A stretch of 63,612 nucleotides of DNA from an uncultured Bacilli bacterium. Lineage in GTDB: Bacteria > Bacillota_I > Bacilli_A > RF39 > UBA660. Shown in pieces: positions 46,389 to 55,665 of this stretch. The position numbers and the translations under genes are program-made. The stretch's first letter is position 1. Each line of letters starts with the position of its first letter. The notes beneath the pieces are model-generated. The model saw nothing but the letters and a program-made list of their open reading frames with translations, did no database searches and was not told where the DNA came from. The DNA lies in contig CALVRX010000022.1 of NCBI GenBank assembly GCA_944358815.1, positions 1 to 63,612 of the forward strand. The letters are read 5' to 3'.

Positions 46389-48497
46389 ATGAAGAAACTT
46401 ACTAAGCATAAATTAGCCTTTTTTATAACGTTAATTAGTATTTTAATATTAATTGGAGGAGTAGGATATTTTATTTTTTCTATTTCAAAATTAAATAATA
46501 TTGAAAATACTTTAAGATTTGTTGGCTCAATTGTATTAGGTATTTTTAGTTTGATTTTGATTATTTTAAGTATAAGATTTTTAAATAAATATAAGAAATT
46601 AAAACTGACTATTGTGATTATTTTAATGATTTTGATAGGAGGAATAGGATCATTTGCTGGCTATAATGTAGATAAAGTTTATAATACTTTAGCTAAGGTT
46701 AGTGATACTTCTGGTTATACTACATATTCTTCTAGTTTAGTTACTTTGAAAGATAATAAGGCAGAAAGTATCAAAGATATTGATAAGAATGATAAATTGG
46801 GTATTTTAAATGATAAGACTAGTTATGAAGGTTATAAAATACCGCAAGATGTTATTAAGAAACAAAAACTCGATAATGAAACTGAAGAGTATGATAGTTA
46901 TATTGCCATGATTGATGCGTTACTTAAAGGTGATATTGAATATATCTTCTTACCAACTAATTATTCTGTAATGTTTGGTAGTATGGAAGGATATTCAGAT
47001 ATAAAAGATAAAACTAAAGTTTTACTTACTGAGCAGAAAAAGGTTAAAGAAAAAAATAGTGATAATGATACAGAAAATACTAAGCCAATTACAGAACCAT
47101 TTACGGTTTTGCTTATGGGTGTAGATTCTGATGCAGAAGGTATTGAAAATGGATCTTTTAATGGCGATTCACTTATGCTTATTACATTTAATCCGAAAAC
47201 ACTTAGTACGACTATTTTAAGTATTCCTCGTGATTCTTATGTCCCAATAGCGTGTTTCCCTGGTCAACGTAAAAATAAGATTACCCATGCGGCTTGGAAG
47301 GGCGAGACATGTATGATGAATACAATTGAAAATTTCTTAGATGTGAATATAGATTATTATGTGAAAATTAATTTTGCTGGTGTTGTTCAACTTGTGGATG
47401 CTTTAGGTGGCGTAGAAATTGATGTTCCATACAATTTATGTGAACAAAATAGTAAACGTCAATGGGGTGCTAATACGATTTATATTGAAAAAGGACTTCA
47501 GACGTTAAATGGTGAGCAAGCATTAGCTTTTGCACGTAATCGTCATCCAAATCCTAGTATGTGTTCTTCTAAGTGGACAAATTATACTAGTAATGATTTT
47601 ATAAGAGGAGAACATCAACAAGAGGTTGTTACAGCTTTACTTAATAAGTTTAAAGATATTAATAGTTTAGATACTGTTTATAAGTTACTTGATACAATTA
47701 GTAATAATATGGTTACTAATATGAGTACTGATCAGATACTTTCTTTATACAATGTATTTAAAGATGTGGCTTCTAAGAGTGCAGGTATGGATAATATGGC
47801 TGATGTGCTTGGTATTCAAAGATTAAAACTTAATGGTTATGACGCACGTATTTATGATTATGGTGGAACTAATTTATCACTTTATAATTTTGTTTTATAT
47901 GATGATAGTGTGAAAGCTGTAGCAGATGCGATGAAAGAAAATTTAGGAAAAAAAAAAACAAAGGTTATTAAATCATTTAGTTTTGATGTGAATACTCCCT
48001 ATGAAGAAGAAGTAATTGGTGCGGATGAAACTGGTTCGAGGTCTTTAGTCCAGCTTCCAAGTTTTGTTGGAAAGACAGTTGATTATGTAAGGTCTTATTG
48101 TTCATCTCATGGTATTAGAGTTAATGTTAAGGGTGGAAATGGTTATGTTATTAGTCAAAGTGTTCCATCTGGTGCAAATGTAGAGGATGTCAATTCGATT
48201 ACAGTAACAGCTGGTGGTAGTACAACACCATCAACGAGTAGTTCGTCTTCAAGTTCATCAAGTAGCTCAAGCAGTAGTAATGATGAAGATAAAGAAAGTG
48301 AAGCATTAGAAGATAATGGAATAATACATGGTGGAAATGGTACAGATGTATCTGGAGGTAATGAGACTGGTGGATCTTCTGGAGAAAATGGTTCTGGTAG
48401 TGAACAAACTGGTGGTCAACAAGGAGGTTCTACTGGAAATGGTGGAAATTCTGAAACAGATACTAGTGATAATCCATCAAATACTGCTACTGAATAA
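46389..48497 (+). CDS. LytR-CpsA-Psr (LCP) family phosphotransferase with C-terminal PASTA-like domain and Ser/Gly-rich tail
   Basis: Three N-terminal TMs. LCP core (LLMGVDS..GDSLMLITFNP..LSIPRDSYV..AFARNRH). PASTA-like LPSFVGKTVDYVRSYCSSHGIRVNVKGGNGYVISQSVPSGANV. S14 run and a G/S/N/T-rich tail. Confidence 0.85.
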   Translation: MKKLTKHKLAFFITLISILILIGGVGYFIFSISKLNNIENTLRFVGSIVLGIFSLILIILSIRFLNKYKKLKLTIVIILMILIGGIGSFAGYNVDKVYNTLAKVSDTSGYTTYSSSLVTLKDNKAESIKDIDKNDKLGILNDKTSYEGYKIPQDVIKKQKLDNETEEYDSYIAMIDALLKGDIEYIFLPTNYSVMFGSMEGYSDIKDKTKVLLTEQKKVKEKNSDNDTENTKPITEPFTVLLMGVDSDAEGIENGSFNGDSLMLITFNPKTLSTTILSIPRDSYVPIACFPGQRKNKITHAAWKGETCMMNTIENFLDVNIDYYVKINFAGVVQLVDALGGVEIDVPYNLCEQNSKRQWGANTIYIEKGLQTLNGEQALAFARNRHPNPSMCSSKWTNYTSNDFIRGEHQQEVVTALLNKFKDINSLDTVYKLLDTISNNMVTNMSTDQILSLYNVFKDVASKSAGMDNMADVLGIQRLKLNGYDARIYDYGGTNLSLYNFVLYDDSVKAVADAMKENLGKKKTKVIKSFSFDVNTPYEEEVIGADETGSRSLVQLPSFVGKTVDYVRSYCSSHGIRVNVKGGNGYVISQSVPSGANVEDVNSITVTAGGSTTPSTSSSSSSSSSSSSSSNDEDKESEALEDNGIIHGGNGTDVSGGNETGGSSGENGSGSEQTGGQQGGSTGNGGNSETDTSDNPSNTATE
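47948..47958 (+). repeat. A11 homopolymer inside the LCP coding sequence
   Basis: Counted directly: ttaggAAAAAAAAAAAcaaagg, encoding GKKKTK. Confidence 0.9.
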
Positions 48498-48520
48498 AGC
48501 TCAAACTTTGGGCTTTTTTT
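48496..48520 (+). terminator. Intrinsic terminator after the LCP gene
   Basis: AAAGCTCA-aactt-TGGGCTTT hairpin (one G.U) followed by a T-run. Confidence 0.65.
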
Positions 48521-48580
48521 CTTATTCTCTTGCTTTTTTTGTTTGATTATAAGATAATATTAAAGGAAAAGAGGGATATT

Positions 48581-50221
48581 ATGGATAGAAAAGAATTTGC
48601 GGATAGATTACTTAAGACAGAACATGAATGGGAGTATTATGAAAAATTATATCCTGAGAGAGATTTACCTGATGGTGCGATGGTTACAAGATATGCACCT
48701 AGTCCAACTGGGTTTATACATTTAGGAGCTTTATATGCGGCTTTTATTTCTAGAAAGATGGCTAAGCAGAGTAATGGTGTTTTCTTTTTAAGAATAGAAG
48801 ATACTGATCAAAAAAGAAGTATTGAAGATGGAGTTTCTAAAATAATTACGGATTTGGCTAATTTTGATATTACTTTTGATGAGGGCGTTACTTTGGATGG
48901 TGATAAGGGAAGTTATGGTCCTTATACGCAAAGTGAGAGAGCAGATATTTACAAGGCTTATGCGAAGAAATTAATTGCAGAAGATAAGGCTTATCCTTGT
49001 TTTTGCAGTCCTGAGAGTTTGAAGGAAGACAGAGAAAGACAAGAAAAACACAAAGAGAGAATAGGTTATTATGGATATTATGCAAGATGCAGAAATCTTT
49101 CTATGGAAGAGGCTTTAGAGAAGATAGAAAATGGTGAGAGTTACATTATTCGTTTGAAATCTAAGGGTAATTTTAATCACAGATTTAAATTTAAAGATGA
49201 GATTAAGGGTAAAATGGAACTTCCTGAAAATGATCAAGATATTGTTATTATTAAATCAGATGGACTTCCTACTTATCATTTTGCACATGCGGTGGATGAT
49301 CATTTGATGAGGACTACTCACGTTATTAGGGGAGATGAGTGGCTTTCATCTGTTCCTGTTCATGTACAGTTATTTGAGTATTTAGGTTTTAAGTTACCTA
49401 AGTATGCACATATTTCACCAATTACGATTGAGGATAATGGTGTTAAGCGAAAACTTAGTAAGAGAAAAGATCCTGAGGCAGCTATTAGCTATTATCATGA
49501 GAAAGGTATTCCAAATAAAGCGGTGATGCTTTATTTAGAGACGGTTGCTAATTCTAATTTTGAAATGTGGATGAATCAAAATAAGGATAAAGATGTATCA
49601 GAGTTTATGTTGGATTTTAAAAAGATGCCGGTGGGTGGCAGTTTATTTGATTATGATAAGCTAATGAATATATCTAAGAATTATATAAGTGGTTTAAAAG
49701 CTAGTGAAGTATATGATATGACACTTGAGTGGGCGAAGTTATATGATAAAGATTTTGCTTTGCTTATTGAAAAGTACAAAGATTATACGACGAGTATTTT
49801 AAATATTGAAAGAGAGCAGAAAAAACCTCGTAAGGATATTGGTTATTTTGGTGATGTAAAGAATCAAATTTGGTATATGTTTGATGAGCTTTTTGAACCT
49901 AAAGAGTATGAATGGCAAAAGATTACTGACAAGGAAGAGATAAAGAAGATATTGGATATTTATTTAAATAAGTATTATGATGTGAATGATGATAAGGATA
50001 CATGGTTTAATAATATGAAGAAAGCAGCTGTGGAACTTGGATATGCGGGTGAGATGAAGGAATATAAGGCTAATCCTGACAATTATAAAGGAAGTATTGC
50101 GGATTTTAGTACAGTAGTTAGAGTTAGTTTAACTAGTAAATCTAATACACCTGATTTATTTGAAATTATGAAATTACTTGGAAAAGAGAGAATGGATAAG
50201 AGAGTAAAGATGGTTATTTAA
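48581..50221 (+). CDS. gltX: Glutamate--tRNA ligase (long form, 546 aa)
   Basis: PSPTGFIHLGALY (HIGH-type motif), FLRIEDTD, and KLSKRK (KMSKS). Confidence 0.85.
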   Translation: MDRKEFADRLLKTEHEWEYYEKLYPERDLPDGAMVTRYAPSPTGFIHLGALYAAFISRKMAKQSNGVFFLRIEDTDQKRSIEDGVSKIITDLANFDITFDEGVTLDGDKGSYGPYTQSERADIYKAYAKKLIAEDKAYPCFCSPESLKEDRERQEKHKERIGYYGYYARCRNLSMEEALEKIENGESYIIRLKSKGNFNHRFKFKDEIKGKMELPENDQDIVIIKSDGLPTYHFAHAVDDHLMRTTHVIRGDEWLSSVPVHVQLFEYLGFKLPKYAHISPITIEDNGVKRKLSKRKDPEAAISYYHEKGIPNKAVMLYLETVANSNFEMWMNQNKDKDVSEFMLDFKKMPVGGSLFDYDKLMNISKNYISGLKASEVYDMTLEWAKLYDKDFALLIEKYKDYTTSILNIEREQKKPRKDIGYFGDVKNQIWYMFDELFEPKEYEWQKITDKEEIKKILDIYLNKYYDVNDDKDTWFNNMKKAAVELGYAGEMKEYKANPDNYKGSIADFSTVVRVSLTSKSNTPDLFEIMKLLGKERMDKRVKMVI

Positions 50222-50256
50222 TCATCTTTTTCTTTTTTTAAAAAAATTGTCGAATT

Positions 50257-50283
50257 TTAGCACTTACACTTGACAAGTGCTAA
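50257..50283 (+). promoter_or_regulatory. CIRCE operator (HrcA binding site)
   Basis: TTAGCACTT-N9-AAGTGCTAA compared with the consensus TTAGCACTC-N9-GAGTGCTAA. Confidence 0.85.
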
Positions 50284-50298
50284 AAAGAGTGGTATAAC
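50270..50298 (+). promoter_or_regulatory. Sigma-A promoter of hsp20, overlapped by CIRCE
   Basis: TTGACA, 17 nt, TATAAC, with a TGg extended -10. Confidence 0.7.
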
Positions 50299-50328
50299 AT
50301 AATTGTAAAAGAAAGAAGGATGAATAAT

Positions 50329-50709
50329 ATGAGAATGTTACCAAGAAAATTTGATTTAGATAGTATGTTTGATTTCTTTACTCCAAGTGATGGTATGAAA
50401 TGTGACATCTATGAAAATAAAAATAATTACGTTATAGAAACTGATATGCCTGGACTTAATAAGAAAGATGTAACTGTTGATTATAAAGATGGTTATATTA
50501 CAATTAGTGCTTCAAAATCTGCAGAAGATAATGAAGAAGAAAAAGACTATATTCGTCAAGAGAGATTTTATGGTTCTATGGAACGTAAATTCTATGTTGG
50601 CGATATAGATGAGAGTGAAATATCAGCTGAATTTAAAGATGGAGTTTTGAAAGTTAGTTTACCAAAAGATACTACCGATAAATCATCTAAAACAATTGAA
50701 ATTAAATAA
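50329..50709 (+). CDS. Hsp20/alpha-crystallin family small heat shock protein
   Basis: Alpha-crystallin domain (..DIYENKNNYVIETDMPGLNKKDV..GVLKVSLPK). The start at 50329 has the best SD spacing; 50320 is also possible. Confidence 0.9.
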   Translation: MRMLPRKFDLDSMFDFFTPSDGMKCDIYENKNNYVIETDMPGLNKKDVTVDYKDGYITISASKSAEDNEEEKDYIRQERFYGSMERKFYVGDIDESEISAEFKDGVLKVSLPKDTTDKSSKTIEIK

Positions 50710-50715
50710 ATTTAA

Positions 50716-50740
50716 AAATGGCCTTTTTGGCTATTTTTTT
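50716..50740 (+). terminator. Intrinsic terminator after hsp20
   Basis: AAATGGCC-ttttt-GGCTATTT hairpin (one G.U) followed by a T-run. Confidence 0.6.
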
Positions 50741-50770
50741 GTGTTATAATTTGTTTAGGGTGGTGATTTT

Positions 50771-51568
50771 ATGATGAATGAGTTAGAAAATTTTTATAAG
50801 CATGATGAAAAAAAATATATTTTAGATGAAAAATCTTTATTTAAAATTTTTGAACAATTTAATTATGAAACATATATGACTATTGATGATTTACAATCTT
50901 TAATTGATAAGATTGCTTTATGGTATGAAATAAAGTATCCAGAGAGGGAATTTGATTATTATGATGGTTTGAAAGGTATGAGTATACCAGATATGGAACT
51001 TTCATCAGTTATGGATACTGAACAATTATTATATCGCTTGAATGATAAGCAAGTTGCACTTTTAAAATGTAAGTATAGAACTTCTAATGATATTGAAGAT
51101 ATTAAAAATATCGGTAAAGAAGTTATGGTTAATATTAAAAGAAAACCTAAAGACAATTATTATAGCAAATATAAAAATTTTCCAGTGATTGTTGATGCGG
51201 ACACTGGTGTAGTTAGAATGGATTATGAAATTGAAAAATATGTTAATTTAGAAAGTGTTAGTTTGGATGAGTTACATTATATTTTTGCTGATAAATATAG
51301 TGATAGATTAGATTACACAGAACTCGATAGGTGTGTGATTCATCATGGTATGGATAAGTTTGTTAGAGATTCTATGTTAGAGTATGTAACTTTAAAATTG
51401 ATTTATTCTAAAAATACTACTCCAGAGAGGGGATATGTACGAGCAAAAAGATTTGCTTCAGAGTTTGAAAAAAATCTTAATGTGAAAGTTTATATGGACA
51501 AAGTTGATGAAATTATGAATAGTTATTATTTTGGTATGGGTAAGGTGATGGTTAAATCTAAGTATTAA
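50771..51568 (+). CDS. Hypothetical protein (265 aa)
   Basis: GGGTGGTGA SD. No motif recognised. Confidence 0.5.
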   Translation: MMNELENFYKHDEKKYILDEKSLFKIFEQFNYETYMTIDDLQSLIDKIALWYEIKYPEREFDYYDGLKGMSIPDMELSSVMDTEQLLYRLNDKQVALLKCKYRTSNDIEDIKNIGKEVMVNIKRKPKDNYYSKYKNFPVIVDADTGVVRMDYEIEKYVNLESVSLDELHYIFADKYSDRLDYTELDRCVIHHGMDKFVRDSMLEYVTLKLIYSKNTTPERGYVRAKRFASEFEKNLNVKVYMDKVDEIMNSYYFGMGKVMVKSKY

Positions 51569-51597
51569 ATATTTGTATTTTTTTTTGAAAATTTTCC

Positions 51598-51628
51598 TTG
51601 ACCTTGAGTTTAGTTCAGATGATATTAT
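51598..51628 (+). promoter_or_regulatory. Candidate promoter of the DUF3737 operon leader
   Basis: TTGACC, 19 nt, TATTAT with a TGa extended -10. Alternatively a 17-nt spacer to GATATT. Confidence 0.45.
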
Positions 51629-51709
51629 GTTATTAGAATGGAGGAAATTAAGTGTTAGAAAAGTTAAATTTAACAGATGAATAGGATAAGGAAAAACACA
51701 ACTGGTATT

Positions 51710-51738
51710 AAAGTTTATTATTTTGTATAAACTTTTTT
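51710..51738 (+). terminator. Leader terminator / attenuator upstream of the DUF3737 gene
   Basis: AAAGTTTAT-tattttgt-ATAAACTTT hairpin followed by TTT, 48 nt before the ATG. Confidence 0.6.
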
Positions 51739-51785
51739 GATGGATAAATTTAATTTTATAATAAAATAGATAATGAAAGGAAGTA

Positions 51786-52631
51786 ATGAATATGGATTTG
51801 ATAGAAAATAAGACTTATGATGAAGAGAGGGCACTTTATAATTTAAAAGATGCGAAAGTTACTGGATGTACTTTTGCCGGTCCGGCAGATGGCGAGAGTG
51901 TTGTAAAAGAAGCAAGAGATATTGAGGTTGATAATTGTCATTTTTCTTTAAGATATCCGATGTGGCACGATGATAAGTTTAAACTTATTAATTCCAAGTT
52001 AGATGAATATACTAGAGCGCCACTTTGGTATGCGAAGCACGGAGTGATTGATAATACCGAGATTACTTCGGTTAAAGCCTTAAGAGAATGCGAAGATATA
52101 GAGGTTAAAAATTCAAATATTGATTCTAGAGAGTTTGGGTGGAAGTGTCATGATATTAAAGTTAAGAATAGTGTGATTAACTCTGAGTATATATTTTTTG
52201 ATAGCACGAATGTGAAAATAGATAATTTAAAATTTACGGGTAAATACTCATTTCAATATATGGAAAATTTAGTTATTACGAATTCTAATTTAGATACGAA
52301 AGATGCTTTTTGGCACAGTAAGAATGTAATAGTAAAAGATTCTACTGTTAAAGGTGAATATTTAGGTTGGTTTTCTGATGGCCTTACTTTGGAAAACTGT
52401 GAGATTATTGGTACGCAGCCACTTTGTTACTGTAAGAATTTAAAGTTAATTAACTGTAAGATGATAGATTGTGATTTAGCTTTTGAATATTCTGATGTGG
52501 ATGCGAGTATTATTGGTCATGTTGATTCGATTAAAAATCCGAAATCTGGCAAGATTGTTTTAGATAGTGTTGGTGAGATTATTAAAGAAGATTCAATTAT
52601 GGAAGATACTTGCGAGATTGAGGTTAGATGA
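51786..52631 (+). CDS. DUF3737 family protein (beta-helix repeats)
   Basis: The N-terminus (..IENKTYDEERALYNLKDAKVTGCTF..GESVVKEARDIEVDNC) and periodic repeats match remembered DUF3737 sequences. Confidence 0.65.
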   Translation: MNMDLIENKTYDEERALYNLKDAKVTGCTFAGPADGESVVKEARDIEVDNCHFSLRYPMWHDDKFKLINSKLDEYTRAPLWYAKHGVIDNTEITSVKALRECEDIEVKNSNIDSREFGWKCHDIKVKNSVINSEYIFFDSTNVKIDNLKFTGKYSFQYMENLVITNSNLDTKDAFWHSKNVIVKDSTVKGEYLGWFSDGLTLENCEIIGTQPLCYCKNLKLINCKMIDCDLAFEYSDVDASIIGHVDSIKNPKSGKIVLDSVGEIIKEDSIMEDTCEIEVR

Positions 52632-52635
52632 TTTT

Positions 52636-52971
52636 ATGAATATAGAGATTAATGGGAAAGTATCTAAAATTAGTTTAGAAGATAACTTTGTGGTAAGAGA
52701 GATTATGAACATGTTACCTTTAGAATTTAAAGCAAGTGATTTAAATAGAAATGAAAAATATTATTATTTAAATGAAAGATTATCTAATAGGCCCCAAAAA
52801 GTTTCTAAAATAGAAAAAGGAGATATTATGCTTTATGATGATGACTGTTTAGTTATATTTTATAAATCATTTAATACACCATATGCTTATACGAAGATTG
52901 GTAAAATAGAGGATTTATCTATTTTAGATAATATAGGAGAAGATGATATTTTAGTTAAAATATTTTTGTAA
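52636..52971 (+). CDS. Cyclophilin-like fold protein
   Basis: ..NEKYYYL..KGDIMLYDDDCLVIFYKSFNTPYAYTKIGKI is typical of the cyclophilin-like family commonly found beside DUF3737 and flavodoxin genes. Confidence 0.6.
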   Translation: MNIEINGKVSKISLEDNFVVREIMNMLPLEFKASDLNRNEKYYYLNERLSNRPQKVSKIEKGDIMLYDDDCLVIFYKSFNTPYAYTKIGKIEDLSILDNIGEDDILVKIFL

Positions 52972-53164
52972 TTAGTAATAAAGACAAAAAGTTACAAAAA
53001 TGTTATTTATAAATATCACCATTTGTGATATGGAGACATCAATTTTAAAGTCAATGATGCAAAATGATAAATGAATTATTATAAAAGAACTTATTGATAG
53101 TAATTTATGCTTTGTGATATGATGTAAATATAATTTGAAATAAAATATAGGAGGTATCATCAAA

Positions 53165-53791
53165 GTGAAAGTTATTTATTTAATAAGACATTCAAACACT
53201 GGTGTTAATATAGTTAATTATGCAGATTATAAAAATGTACCTTGGGATGAATATAACCGAAATATGGTTTTATCAGTTGATGGAGAGAAAAAAGCAAAAG
53301 CTATTTGTGATGTAAAAGAGTTACAAGATATTGAAGAAATATATGCCAGTAATTCTCCGAGAGCTATTGCAACTGCAAAATATATATCATATGAAAAAAA
53401 TATTCCAATTAAATTGGACAATAGAATTAATGAAAGAAATTTTGGGGTTAAATATATTAGCGAATTACCTGATAATTTTAATTATTTAATGTTTAATAAT
53501 AAAGATTTAAGACTTGGTAATGGTGAAACATTAAATGAGGTGGATAAGAGATTTAATGATTTTATAAATGAAAAGTTAGATAATTCTTCAAATAAAATTA
53601 CTGTTTTTCTTCACGGAATTATATTGTTATCTTATCTTGGAACCATTGCAAATGAAACATTTGATGGAAAAAAATTTAAAATTGTATTTAATGGTAAAAA
53701 TATTTTGGATGGAACTTTGTCCGCTCCTGATATTTATAAAATAACTTATGATAATAAGCAAGTAATCAAAATAGAGCGAATAAAAGTGTAA
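53165..53791 (+). CDS. Histidine phosphatase family protein
   Basis: GTG start 10 nt after AGGAGG. IYLIRHSNTG (RH motif) and a later FLHGI His. Confidence 0.7.
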   Translation: MKVIYLIRHSNTGVNIVNYADYKNVPWDEYNRNMVLSVDGEKKAKAICDVKELQDIEEIYASNSPRAIATAKYISYEKNIPIKLDNRINERNFGVKYISELPDNFNYLMFNNKDLRLGNGETLNEVDKRFNDFINEKLDNSSNKITVFLHGIILLSYLGTIANETFDGKKFKIVFNGKNILDGTLSAPDIYKITYDNKQVIKIERIKV

Positions 53792-54041
53792 ATTAAATTT
53801 GTTATAAATGAGTATACAGATGAAACTAACTGTATAGCGCAATTTTTAAGATTATTACAATATTGTAAAAAGATTGATAATTTTAAAACAAAAAAAGCGT
53901 GTTTTAATGTTCTTTATGTGAAAAATTGTAAATAACATTTATCAAATGTTAAATCATTTTTGTAAGGGCACTGTCTTATGATGGAGCCCTATTTTTAATG
54001 TTTACTGAATTTACATTCGGTAAATTTTTTTGTAAAAAGTA

Positions 54042-54099
54042 TTGACACCGTGTCAGAAAATTAATATAATGTAAGTGTAAGAAAACTGACAGAGTGTCA
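54042..54099 (+). promoter_or_regulatory. Consensus sigma-A promoter with two palindromic operators (TetR autoregulation candidate)
   Basis: TTGACA (54042-47), 17 nt, TATAAT (54065-70). Palindromes TGACAC-C-GTGTCA (54043-55) and TGACA-GAG-TGTCA (54087-99). Confidence 0.7.
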
Positions 54100-54114
54100 A
54101 AATGAGGTGATATT

Positions 54115-54720
54115 ATGGAACATTCAGATTTAAGGAAAAAAGAAATAATTGATGCTTGCCGTGATTTATATGATGAATATCAATTTAAAGATATAACGAT
54201 GAAATTAATTAGTGAGAAAACATCTTTTTCAAGACCATCTATATATAATTATTTCGAAACTAAGGAGGAAATCTTTTTAGCTCTTTTTGCGCAGGAATAC
54301 GATGAGTGGACTTTAGAGGTTATAAACATTTACAATAATAATGATAAGCTTACTAAAGATGAGTTTGCAAAGAAACTGGCTTTAACGATTAAAAATAAGC
54401 AAAGATTACTTAAATTACTTTCAATGAATATGTATGATTTAGAAGAAAATAGTAGGTTAGAAAGACTTGTAGAGTTTAAAAATTCATATAGGGAAGCGGT
54501 ACATGCGGTTAAAAAATGTGTAGAGAAGTTTTTTAATATGGATGATAAAGAAGTAACGAAATTTTTATATTCATTTTTCCCATTTATGTTTGGAATTTAT
54601 CCTTATACAGTAGTTACGGAAAAACAAAAAAAAGCGATGGAAGAAGCCCATGTTTATTACAAATTTCATTCAATATATGATATGGCGTATATGGGAATTA
54701 GAAAGTTATTAGGCATTTAA
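54115..54720 (+). CDS. TetR/AcrR family transcriptional regulator
   Basis: N-terminal HTH (..ITMKLISEKTSFSRPSIYNYFETKEEIFLAL..). Confidence 0.85.
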   Translation: MEHSDLRKKEIIDACRDLYDEYQFKDITMKLISEKTSFSRPSIYNYFETKEEIFLALFAQEYDEWTLEVINIYNNNDKLTKDEFAKKLALTIKNKQRLLKLLSMNMYDLEENSRLERLVEFKNSYREAVHAVKKCVEKFFNMDDKEVTKFLYSFFPFMFGIYPYTVVTEKQKKAMEEAHVYYKFHSIYDMAYMGIRKLLGI

Positions 54721-54816
54721 AATATCATCACATTGTTTTTTATTGTAACATAACCAAATTATTAAATATAGCATATACATCATTTTTAATTTTTATTTTA
54801 TTTACATATTTAGAAA

Positions 54817-55665
54817 TCATAATTCTTCTCCATTCATAATATATATCATTAAATCTATTGTTATTGTATCAGGAATATTAATTACTTGGTCGTTATACAT
54901 TGGCGACATTTTTAACAATAATTTAAAATCATCACTAGTAATTGGATAAGTTTTTAAAATGTGCTCTTTTTTGACTATTTTAAAGTTTTTATTTAAATTT
55001 TGTTCCACTTCTATATCTTTATCATATGTAGAAATATTTGTAGCAGCTCTCATTTCCTTTAGATAATTTTTTCCAGGAGCCACTTTAATAAATAAACCGC
55101 TCTTTTTTAATAATCTTTTTATCTCCAATTGATTATATGGTGATAATATATCAATAATTAAATGGGTAGAATTATCCTTTATAGGTACATTATTTACATC
55201 TGCAACAAAATAAAACCTATTATCACAATTGTACGTGCTTGCCATATCAATTGCTATCCTAGAGTAATCAAATCCATAATACATATACTTTTGTTTTAGT
55301 AATTCTAATATATTCATTGTATGAGCACCTTCGCCACAGCCTAAATCTACAATATTAATTTTATTATCAAAATGGTGATTTATAATATGAATTATTTTCT
55401 CATATAAATCTTTATAATACAATTTTTGAATAAAGTTTCTTCTATTTAAAAATAATTCATAATTATATATTTTGCTTTCTTTAATATGATTATGGGAAAC
55501 AAGAGTAGTAATACCTTTTTTTGAAATATCATAAGTATGTTTATTTTTACATACTAACGAATGATCATTCAAAATTAATCTTTCTTTACATATTGGGCAA
55601 ATCAATAAATCATCTTTTCTCAAAAAGTTTTTGCTATATTCAAATTTACTTAGCATAATCATCAC
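54817..55665 (-). CDS. RlmA-like SAM-dependent rRNA (guanine-N1) methyltransferase
   Basis: N-terminal zinc finger CPICKERL..CKNKH and SAM motif I VDLGCGEG. Confidence 0.6.
   Translation of the reverse strand: MMIMLSKFEYSKNFLRKDDLLICPICKERLILNDHSLVCKNKHTYDISKKGITTLVSHNHIKESKIYNYELFLNRRNFIQKLYYKDLYEKIIHIINHHFDNKINIVDLGCGEGAHTMNILELLKQKYMYYGFDYSRIAIDMASTYNCDNRFYFVADVNNVPIKDNSTHLIIDILSPYNQLEIKRLLKKSGLFIKVAPGKNYLKEMRAATNISTYDKDIEVEQNLNKNFKIVKKEHILKTYPITSDDFKLLLKMSPMYNDQVINIPDTITIDLMIYIMNGEEL

Noticed and set aside
48328-48546. 72-aa ORF overlapping the 3' end of the LCP gene and its terminator.
   Set aside because: It is an off-frame reading of the Gly/Ser-rich tail and crosses an intrinsic terminator.
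52972-53842. Minus-strand ORFs 52972-53163, 53227-53421 and 53627-53842.
   Set aside because: The first covers the promoter and SD region of the histidine phosphatase gene. The others are antisense to that gene. Their translations are low-complexity I/F/S-rich.
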